From IMG/VR virus record IMGVR_UViG_3300045988_177331: DNA of 64,000 nt; one strand, written 5' to 3'. This DNA comes from a virus. Below the pieces are notes generated by a model. That model searched no databases, was not told the DNA's origin, and worked only from the letters and a program-made list of their open reading frames with translations. Shown here in pieces: positions 53,476 to 61,520 of this stretch. The first letter of the stretch is position 1. Each line of letters begins with the position of its first letter. A program made the position numbers and the translations under genes.

Positions 53476-54431
53476 TGTCAAACTTTACCAATGAGTTTAA
53501 AGGTAAACTCAAAAAATATTTTCATGTAAAATTGGGTGCATTCACCTATAAACATGGTTGGGATAAATGCAAATGTCCATACTGTGGTAGAGATGGTAAA
53601 TTTGGAATAAATATATCCAGAAATAGGTGCAATTGTTTTAGGTGTGGAGAACACCCTTCACCCATACAATTAGTAATGTATCTTGAATCAGTAGATACAT
53701 ATGCAGAAGCTATAAAGATACTTAATCAAGCAAAGTATGAAGGTTATATATTTAAGGAAGAGAAGGTAGAATTAAAATCTAGAAAGGATTTATATTTACC
53801 AGAGGGATTTAAATTATTAACTGTTGGTAACTCTGAACTTGCTAAATCAGCAAGAAATTATGTAACCAAAAGAGGTTTTAATATAAAGGAAGTTGCTATG
53901 TCTGGTTGGGGTTATGGGACTCAGGGTAAATATTTTGGGTATCTCATAATCCCTTTTCATGAAAATGGTAAATTAGTGTATTTTAATGCCAGATTATTTA
54001 TAGGCAATGGTCCAAAATATAATAATCCAGATGTATCAGATACTGGATTAGGTAAATCCTTTATTATATATAATAAAGATGCCCTTTATATGTATAAAAC
54101 TGTTTATTTGTGTGAAGGTGCAATAAATGCCCAAACTATGGGGGAAAAAGGAATTGCATCTGGTGGTAAAGCAATATCCAGATACCAGGTAAATGAGATT
54201 ATAAAATCTCCAGTGGAAAGGGTTATCATATTATTTGACCCAGATGCAAAAGATAGAGCAATAGATTTGGCATTTAAACTTATAAATTATAAAAAGGTAA
54301 AAGTTATATTCTTACCGGAAGGTAAAGATGTAAATGATATTGGTAAGAAAAAAACCATGAAATTCATATATTCCCAACGATATCTAGATTATCAGGAACT
54401 ATTAGAATTAAAATTCAAATATAAGATTTAA
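53475..54431 (+). CDS. DNA primase (zinc finger + TOPRIM)
   Basis: CPYCGRDGKFG…CNCFRCGEH zinc ribbon. TOPRIM residues LCEGAINAQTM and ILFDPDAKD. Confidence 0.8.
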   Translation: MSNFTNEFKGKLKKYFHVKLGAFTYKHGWDKCKCPYCGRDGKFGINISRNRCNCFRCGEHPSPIQLVMYLESVDTYAEAIKILNQAKYEGYIFKEEKVELKSRKDLYLPEGFKLLTVGNSELAKSARNYVTKRGFNIKEVAMSGWGYGTQGKYFGYLIIPFHENGKLVYFNARLFIGNGPKYNNPDVSDTGLGKSFIIYNKDALYMYKTVYLCEGAINAQTMGEKGIASGGKAISRYQVNEIIKSPVERVIILFDPDAKDRAIDLAFKLINYKKVKVIFLPEGKDVNDIGKKKTMKFIYSQRYLDYQELLELKFKYKI

Positions 54432-55271
54432 ATGAGAGAACCAAGTATTCACATATCAAAATCCATTTTCATTAAAATCCTTAAAAAAGAGGGTGTTAAA
54501 ATTTCCCAATCCAAAATAGATTCCATATTTACTACAGCAAGAAATTATTCCCTGGACCATCGTTCAATATTAAAGAATAATAAAAAGAACCAAAAAATAT
54601 TATCTAGAAGAACTCAATCAACAGTTGGTAATGCAAATATGTTAGCAGATATAATATATTCTGTTAGGATAAAATTAAAACATGTGGGTGTTACTAAAAT
54701 AAAACAAACAGATAATCAATGGGCTCAAATAAGGGAATTGGTACCAATCATAGATGAATTTTGTTCATATTATAAATTCCTTAATAAAAGACAAGGGTAT
54801 ATTCAATTTGTAGAAATAGGATTAAACTTAATGGGTAATTCAAATAGACCAAATTATAGTTATTGTGCAAATTGGATGCTACAAAAAGCAAGTTGGATAT
54901 CAACTTATTATGGGGCAATAAAAGAAATATCAGAAGACAATTATAAAGAAGAAACCAATGAAATTTATAATTGTTATATAAATAAGATACTAGAGATGAC
55001 TGGAATTAGCAATAATTATAAGAAAAATCCAACTGATTATGTTAATTTCATTCATGCAAGAAAATTAGCTGATAAAATTGGGGTTGATTATAAAATATTT
55101 ATGGATTCCCAATTTGAGGCTTTATCTTTTTGTAATGGTATTCCAAAATTGGAGGATTTGGGAAATGAAAAAGCCCAACAAAGGTTAACCCAATTTATTT
55201 CAAAACATGGTTTAATAATCAGGAAGAAAATCAATTTAACCCAAAATGACTGGGATTCATTTAAAAAATAA
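54432..55271 (+). CDS. hypothetical replication-module protein
   Basis: 279 aa, starts 1 nt after the primase stop. Confidence 0.55.
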   Translation: MREPSIHISKSIFIKILKKEGVKISQSKIDSIFTTARNYSLDHRSILKNNKKNQKILSRRTQSTVGNANMLADIIYSVRIKLKHVGVTKIKQTDNQWAQIRELVPIIDEFCSYYKFLNKRQGYIQFVEIGLNLMGNSNRPNYSYCANWMLQKASWISTYYGAIKEISEDNYKEETNEIYNCYINKILEMTGISNNYKKNPTDYVNFIHARKLADKIGVDYKIFMDSQFEALSFCNGIPKLEDLGNEKAQQRLTQFISKHGLIIRKKINLTQNDWDSFKK

Positions 55272-55277
55272 CTTAAT

Positions 55278-56747
55278 ATGGTAGAGATAATAATAAAGAA
55301 CTGTAATCAGTGCCAATTAAACGGTTCTAGAAAAGAATTAATGAAATTGTATGATACTTTTAGGATTAAGCATCCAAATGCTTGGCATATCACTAGATTC
55401 CAAAAAGGGAAATATCAATGGGATGGTTATATAAAATATATATCCTCTTATGGTGAATTTAAAATAGGGTTATTACCTATGGTATATAATACTCTAAAAT
55501 CTTGGGGAGTTGAGGATATAAAAATAACCGATAAAAGAATAATCCCAAATATTGAACCAATAATCCCAACTCAATTGGGGGCAAATTATAACCTCATTAA
55601 ATTATATCCAAGACAAATACAAGCTATAAAAACTTTATTGAATAATAAAGTAGGTGATACACCTTTTCTTATATGTGCTGGGGATTATTCTGTTGGATTT
55701 GGTAAAACCCTTTTATTTTGTGCTTTATATAAAGCTTATCAAGGTAATTTACCAACAATCCTACTTTTAAATGATTCTGATTTATTCAATCAATTTAAAA
55801 GAGAAATTCCTGAACTTTTACCAAATGAGGATATTGCATTTATCCAAGGTTCTAAATGTAATAGATGGGGTAAATTTAATGTGGCAATGGTCCAAAGTAT
55901 ATCTAAGAATATAAGGCAATATCAACAAAACCTATTAGATATAAGAATGGTTTTAATTGATGAAGCAGATATCATAGATAATAAAACTTATCAAACAGTT
56001 ATATCATATCTTTATAATTCTTTCATAAGAATTGGGTTAAGTGGTACCATTTATATGAATGAAAGAAAAAATGGGGTTGTTCATAATATGAATGTAAGGC
56101 AATTTATTGGGGATGTGGTAGACCAAGTTAAATTATCAGAACAAATTAAAACAGGTAGAGCAACTAAAGTTATTGTTAAAATGATTTATACTGGTATTGG
56201 GGAAAAGGTACCAAATGATTATCAAAGAGAATATAAATTAAATATTATTGAGAATAAAGAATCCTATAAACTTTCATTTTCTAGAATGCTTTATAATTAT
56301 AAATATGGAAGGGTTCCAATGGTTATATTATGCAAATTTATTGACCATTGTGAGGATTTATATAAATATTATACTGAAAGGATTAATAAAATGGGATTAC
56401 CATTAAGGGTTGCCTATTTACATCACAATGTAAAAGGTAGAGATAAAATATTAACTGATATAAGGGAAGGGAATATAGATATTCTAATATCCACTACAGT
56501 TATTGCAAGAGGTAAAAATATACCTACTTTACAATATCTTCAGAATATTGCATCAATGGATTCCCAAGAAAAATCCATTCAAATTTTGGGAAGGTTAGTT
56601 AGGAAACATGAATCCAAAAATAAAACCTACCTTGATGATTTTATTTTTGAAGGTACCTTTTTAAAAAGGCATGGCAATCATAGAAAAGTTTATTACCAAA
56701 AACAAGGATTCAAGGTAATAAAAATAGAATACACAAAAAAAGTATAA
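55278..56747 (+). CDS. superfamily 2 DEAD/DEAH-type helicase
   Basis: Motif I GFGKTLLF, motif II VLIDEADI, motif III LSGT, motif VI-like ILGRLVRK. Confidence 0.75.
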   Translation: MVEIIIKNCNQCQLNGSRKELMKLYDTFRIKHPNAWHITRFQKGKYQWDGYIKYISSYGEFKIGLLPMVYNTLKSWGVEDIKITDKRIIPNIEPIIPTQLGANYNLIKLYPRQIQAIKTLLNNKVGDTPFLICAGDYSVGFGKTLLFCALYKAYQGNLPTILLLNDSDLFNQFKREIPELLPNEDIAFIQGSKCNRWGKFNVAMVQSISKNIRQYQQNLLDIRMVLIDEADIIDNKTYQTVISYLYNSFIRIGLSGTIYMNERKNGVVHNMNVRQFIGDVVDQVKLSEQIKTGRATKVIVKMIYTGIGEKVPNDYQREYKLNIIENKESYKLSFSRMLYNYKYGRVPMVILCKFIDHCEDLYKYYTERINKMGLPLRVAYLHHNVKGRDKILTDIREGNIDILISTTVIARGKNIPTLQYLQNIASMDSQEKSIQILGRLVRKHESKNKTYLDDFIFEGTFLKRHGNHRKVYYQKQGFKVIKIEYTKKV

Positions 56748-56862
56748 TAGTTAGTTACTAGTAATATTGGTCAAATTATTAACTAAGTTTAACTTATGAT
56801 ATATAAAAAGTAAATTCTTTGAAGACTAAAAGTAGATTATATTTTAAATATTTAAATATTAA

Positions 56863-57039
56863 TCAGGCTATTAGCTATATACATATACAGGCTAATAAAT
56901 ATTTATCAGGCCATAAATATATTCAGGCTATTAGCCTGAATATATTATCTAGGTAGCAAGCTACCTAGATATTAGCTTATTAGAGTATATGGTCTTTTTT
57001 CTTTTCTTTTTTTGGTTACTTTTTTTCTTTTCTTTTTTG
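56863..57039. promoter_or_regulatory. CAGGCTAWTA repeats, two adjacent perfect palindromes and a duplicated T-rich tract
   Basis: CAGGC(T/C) at 56864, 56888, 56907 and 56924. ATTCAGGCT-ATT-AGCCTGAAT at 56921-56941. ATCTAGGTAGC-AA-GCTACCTAGAT at 56947-56970. (T6CT4CT6-7) occurs twice in 56994-57039. Confidence 0.8.
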
Positions 57040-57116
57040 AACATAGAAATTTACAAGGTACCATAATAAACTTGAAAAAACCTATTATCATTTGGAAAAC
57101 TTAAAATTCAAAACTA

Positions 57117-57527
57117 ATGGCAAAGAAACAAAAACAAAAGGAATTAATAAAACTTGAAGATACAGATATATTGAAACCAATTGATATTTCTCAAATAGGT
57201 TCAAATGGGGACCCATGCTTTGGAAAAGAATATAACCTATCAACCAAGGAATGCAAGATGTGTGGGGATTCAGAATTATGCTGCATAAAATTTGCAGAGT
57301 TAATTGGAAAAGATAGAAAACAATTGGAAAAAGAGAATGAATTTAAGGACTTAGAAAATCTAGTAGATTTAAAAGCAGTGTCAAAAACTATTAGATATTT
57401 GAAAAGGAAAGATGAACCCAAAAAAATAATCCTTGATAAGATTCAAGCAAAATATGAATTGAGCAGGGAAGAAGCTAGAACAATTTATAAATCAGTAATA
57501 AACAAACAAAATGGAAAAAAACAATGA
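57117..57527 (+). CDS. hypothetical Cys-containing protein
   Basis: 136 aa. C..K…CKMCGDSELCC cluster. Confidence 0.55.
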   Translation: MAKKQKQKELIKLEDTDILKPIDISQIGSNGDPCFGKEYNLSTKECKMCGDSELCCIKFAELIGKDRKQLEKENEFKDLENLVDLKAVSKTIRYLKRKDEPKKIILDKIQAKYELSREEARTIYKSVINKQNGKKQ

Positions 57528-58035
57528 ATTAATTTTCACAAGGGTAAGAGATGTTCAATTACCCAAAAGAGCAAATCAACATGATGCAGGAATAGACTTC
57601 TTCTGTCCAGTTCTAGATTCTGAATTAATCCAAAGAATCAATGAGATTAACAATAGTAAGAATGTTATAACAACTCCTGATTTTATTTTGGTAGCTCCTG
57701 GTGCAGATATAACAATCCCATCAGGGGTAAAAGTTTGGATAATGAATAAAGAATCTGCTTTAGTTGCAGCAAATAAATCTGGATTAGCAACAAAGTTTAG
57801 TATTCAATTCACTGCTCAAGTAATAGATGCAGATTACACTGGGGAAATTCATATTGGAATAAGGAATCATGGAAAAGACTTCTTTATGATTAAACCTGGT
57901 GCAAAGTTAATACAATTCCTGCATTTACCAATCATATTATCAGATATCATAGAGGTAGGTAATGATGGGTATAATGATATTGTTGATGGGAAATCAGATA
58001 GGGGAGAAGGAGGATTTGGTTCAACTGGATTTTGA
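57511..58035 (+). CDS. dut: trimeric-type dUTPase (dUTP/dCTP pyrophosphatase fold)
   Basis: All five dUTPase motifs are present: AGIDF, IPSGVKV, QVIDADYTGEI, KPGAKLIQFL, RGEGGFGSTG. Confidence 0.85.
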   Translation: MEKNNELIFTRVRDVQLPKRANQHDAGIDFFCPVLDSELIQRINEINNSKNVITTPDFILVAPGADITIPSGVKVWIMNKESALVAANKSGLATKFSIQFTAQVIDADYTGEIHIGIRNHGKDFFMIKPGAKLIQFLHLPIILSDIIEVGNDGYNDIVDGKSDRGEGGFGSTGF

Positions 58036-58111
58036 TTATGGAAAATACAAATATACAACAAGAGTTAAATGATATTTATATCCATGATTGGTATATTAAA
58101 GACTGAGTGAT

Positions 58112-58996
58112 ATGGATTCAAGAGATATAAAAGAAGAACCAAGTATTCCAAAAGATAATAAGTATCTGGAATCAATATATGAAATGCAAAAACAACTACT
58201 AGATAGTTATATAAGCATTGAAGGGTTACCAAAATACCCATTAAATATAAACACAAAAACCAATCAATTAATCCTAAAAGATTTTACTTCAAGGGTAATT
58301 GAGGAACTTGCAGAAGCTTATGAGAGTTTATTATTAGTGGAGGAATTAACAATAACAAAACAAAATTGGTTCACTATATCATCAACTTCAATTAATTCTT
58401 TTGTTGAATGTATGAATCATTTGCAAAATGCAAGTGAAGAAATGGCAGATGCTTTACATTTCTTCATTGAGTTGTTAATTTACACTAATATACAACCAGA
58501 AGATATTAATTCATACATTGAAAGTAAATTACCAAAGAATAAGAGACAAAACTTCTCAAATACACTTGAATATGGGATGGCATTGGGTAAACAATGGTTA
58601 TCAAATATGAATCAAATCCCAGATGTGAAGAGGAAGAATTTGGTAAACTTAATTCATAAGTATGAACAAGTAAAGGTTGATTTTGATATACCAGAATATA
58701 ATATTAAACTTTTACATTGTGGTGAAGACTACAATTATGAACTTTATAATTCATACAAAAGTTATCTTTGGGATATAACCTATGAACTGAATATATCAAG
58801 GAATTTCCTTAAAAATAAACCATGGAAGCAATCTCAAATGATGACCAATGAATCAGCTTATCAAGAGGAGATAGTAAAGTCATTTATATTATTCCTTGGT
58901 ACATTGAATATAATGGGAGTAAATGGAAGTAATCTGTATTATATTTACTTCAAGAAGAATAAGATAAACCAATTCAGAATAAAATCTAAGTATTAA
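58112..58996 (+). CDS. all-alpha NTP pyrophosphohydrolase, dimeric dUTPase/dCTPase-like
   Basis: EELAEAYES (E..E), EEMADALHFFIELL (E..D.lHF), KNKPWKQ (WK) and C-terminal KKNKINQFRIKSKY (K..N..R…Y), in the order typical of dimeric dUTPase/MazG-type enzymes. Confidence 0.6.
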   Translation: MDSRDIKEEPSIPKDNKYLESIYEMQKQLLDSYISIEGLPKYPLNINTKTNQLILKDFTSRVIEELAEAYESLLLVEELTITKQNWFTISSTSINSFVECMNHLQNASEEMADALHFFIELLIYTNIQPEDINSYIESKLPKNKRQNFSNTLEYGMALGKQWLSNMNQIPDVKRKNLVNLIHKYEQVKVDFDIPEYNIKLLHCGEDYNYELYNSYKSYLWDITYELNISRNFLKNKPWKQSQMMTNESAYQEEIVKSFILFLGTLNIMGVNGSNLYYIYFKKNKINQFRIKSKY

Positions 58997-59985
58997 TGAA
59001 AAGTTTTGTATTTAAAACCGGAGATGAAGCTTGGGCAAGTATAAACAAAATGTTTATTGAACAAGATGAAAAATTAGGATTATTTTCTGATGGACAAGGG
59101 GCTTCAATAACTAATTCACTATATACTTATGGGATGTCAGTATTGATAGAAGAAGCCAAATTTGATCCAGAATTTGATTTTGGGAAGATAATGGGTTATA
59201 CTCAATCTAAATGGAGCAGTTTATTAAATAACTATTTGGACCTTGATTCATTGGATAAATTAAAACTACAAATAAGGGAACTTGAAAAAAATAAAGCCAT
59301 AAACAGAAATTATCATATTGGTTTTAATTTTGCAGATTCTCATGGAAATGGTAAAGGTTGCTTAGTTTCTGGGATGTTCTCAAGAATGATAGGTATTGAT
59401 AAACCAAGGCTTACAATAGTAATGAGAGCTTCAGATGTTGTAACAAGGTTACCTTGGGATTTATTATTGGCTATAAGAATGGGAGAATATGTTTTTGGTC
59501 ATACAGAGTTTACCGTAGAATTATTTATCCGTTCAGCTTTTGCAGATGATACTAGTTTAATGCTTTATAATGGGTATGAACCCATAGAACCTATTATTGA
59601 GAAAATAAAAAATGAAGAAAGGAGAAAGAGATTAAAGAAAGCATTAAAAAGAGTAAAGAAAGCATCAGAAAAAGGTGATGACCCAAAATATCAAGCTTAT
59701 ATGAGGGTATATAAGATATTCAGCCCAGAGAAATATGGTAAAGAATTTAAATCACTTTTTGCTAAGGATTGCATTATTGGTAATTGGGATGGAATACCAT
59801 TGCCAGAAGTATGCCCCTCTATACTTGTAAGGAATCAAATAAAGAAGGTATACTTAAAATTTGTGAACAAGTATAACCTAAATATCTTTTCAAGTGTAGA
59901 TACTAAAAAGAAACTGATAAAGTTTAAGGAAAGTGATGGTTCCATAACTGATTCAATTGAAGATTTAGGTGAAGAAGATGAATAA
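58996..59985 (+). CDS. divergent thymidylate-synthase-fold-like protein, paralogue A
   Basis: GKGC-22 aa-RASD-…-PWD-…-GEYVFGH…RSAF follows the TS order Cys / RxxD / specificity residue / GDxHxY region. Clear paralogue of 59969..60730. Confidence 0.35.
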   Translation: MKSFVFKTGDEAWASINKMFIEQDEKLGLFSDGQGASITNSLYTYGMSVLIEEAKFDPEFDFGKIMGYTQSKWSSLLNNYLDLDSLDKLKLQIRELEKNKAINRNYHIGFNFADSHGNGKGCLVSGMFSRMIGIDKPRLTIVMRASDVVTRLPWDLLLAIRMGEYVFGHTEFTVELFIRSAFADDTSLMLYNGYEPIEPIIEKIKNEERRKRLKKALKRVKKASEKGDDPKYQAYMRVYKIFSPEKYGKEFKSLFAKDCIIGNWDGIPLPEVCPSILVRNQIKKVYLKFVNKYNLNIFSSVDTKKKLIKFKESDGSITDSIEDLGEEDE

Positions 59986-60730
59986 CAATATAACCTGGTT
60001 TCCAGACTCTCTTCTAGCTTGGGAATACTTTAATGAAGTATTTTTAAGTGGGGAAGAGGGTCTTCCTTTTGTTTTTCAAAAAAATGCCACTTACTTATAT
60101 GATGTGGTATTTGGTATAATGGACCCAAGATTACCAAGTAATATTGATTTTGGGAAGTTATTTAATTATTCACAAGCAAAATGGAGATTACTAGTATCTA
60201 ATTACCTTGATGAGTTTGTTATAAATAAAACCAAGAGGGAAGTTACTGATTTACATAAAAAGGGCTTAGTATATAATTATTCAATGTCTTTTACTAATAA
60301 CCATGGATGTGGTAAGAAATGCTTATTATCCATAGTTTTTAGTAAAAGATGTAAAGAAAATAATCCCACAATATCAGTTTATTTAAGGGCATCAGAAATA
60401 ACCAAGAGGTTGATATTTGATTTTCTTTTTGTTCAAAGGATAGGGGAATATGTTTATGGTCATAATAACTTTAAAATGGTATTCCATATAAATCAGATGT
60501 TTAATGATAATACAGTATTATTAATGTATCATGCCCATAAGAATATTATAAAGCTTTTAAAGAAAAAAGAGGATAAAAGGAGTATAAAACTATTGGAAGA
60601 TTTAAATACTTTTCTAGAAAAGCCAATAGATAGCATAAAATATAAAATACATAAAAGGGTTGCAAAAGTTTTACAAGAAGACATAAAAAAACCAGTTACA
60701 TTAGTCAAGGATTGCAAATTACCATTCTGA
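59969..60730 (+). CDS. divergent thymidylate-synthase-fold-like protein, paralogue B
   Basis: Shares IDFGKLFNYSQAKW, GCGKKCLLS, LRASEITKRLIFDFLF and IGEYVYGH blocks with 58996..59985. Confidence 0.35.
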   Translation: MKKMNNNITWFPDSLLAWEYFNEVFLSGEEGLPFVFQKNATYLYDVVFGIMDPRLPSNIDFGKLFNYSQAKWRLLVSNYLDEFVINKTKREVTDLHKKGLVYNYSMSFTNNHGCGKKCLLSIVFSKRCKENNPTISVYLRASEITKRLIFDFLFVQRIGEYVYGHNNFKMVFHINQMFNDNTVLLMYHAHKNIIKLLKKKEDKRSIKLLEDLNTFLEKPIDSIKYKIHKRVAKVLQEDIKKPVTLVKDCKLPF

Positions 60731-60780
60731 TAGTATTGAAATCTATTCTTATTAAACCAAACTTATTAAACTAAATAAAT

Positions 60781-61515
60781 ATGAGAATTTATGATGATTG
60801 TTATGAGTTGATGTCAGAGATGGGCAGAAACTTATGGGAAATGGGTTCTATAGTTAAACCCAAAACCTATCAAAATAAAGTTATTGAGGGTGATGAGAGT
60901 TATATAACCAGAGAACTTATTTGTGAACAATATTGTTTAACAAGTTTAAATAATGTAGACAAGTTATTCATATATTCCAATTCAAAGGAATGGGCTGATA
61001 ATGAATTCTTAGAAAGGATTAACAATGAACCATTAAATCCTGGTGGAGCTTGGACATTAAGAAAAGATATATGGGAACAATTTTTGGTAGATGGTAAATT
61101 TGATTATACCTATTCTGAAAGAATGTTTGATTCTTTAAGGTCAGTAATTAGTTTACTGAAAAATGACCCAGATACAAGAAAAGCAGTACTTCCAATTTTT
61201 AATGGGGAATATAACAATGATTGTAAATATTATGATGGTAGTAAACGTATACCATGTTCCATGTATTATGATTTTTTAGTGAGAGAAAATCAAAAAGGTG
61301 AAAAGGTATTAAATATTTGTTACCATCAAAGGAGTTCAGATTTTGTAACCCATTTTGGTAATGATGTTTATCTTTCATGGAAGCTTATGGAATTTGTTGC
61401 AAATAAAATTGGGGTAAAAGCTGGTTATCTATATCATACAATAGATTCTATACATTCTTATAAAAAGGATTGGATTTTATTAAAAACATCTCTAAATGAT
61501 TTAAGAGGATATTAA
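60781..61515 (+). CDS. thymidylate synthase family enzyme, deoxypyrimidylate C5-(hydroxy)methylase type
   Basis: LLKNDPDTRKAVLPIFN (cf. ThyA QLKNDPDSRR…WN), catalytic-type IPCS, HQRSSDFVTHFGNDVY (cf. QRSCDVFLGLPFNIAS), DSIHSY (cf. GDTHLY). Asp sits at the ThyA Asn177-equivalent position. Confidence 0.75.
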   Translation: MRIYDDCYELMSEMGRNLWEMGSIVKPKTYQNKVIEGDESYITRELICEQYCLTSLNNVDKLFIYSNSKEWADNEFLERINNEPLNPGGAWTLRKDIWEQFLVDGKFDYTYSERMFDSLRSVISLLKNDPDTRKAVLPIFNGEYNNDCKYYDGSKRIPCSMYYDFLVRENQKGEKVLNICYHQRSSDFVTHFGNDVYLSWKLMEFVANKIGVKAGYLYHTIDSIHSYKKDWILLKTSLNDLRGY

Positions 61516-61520
61516 TAAAC

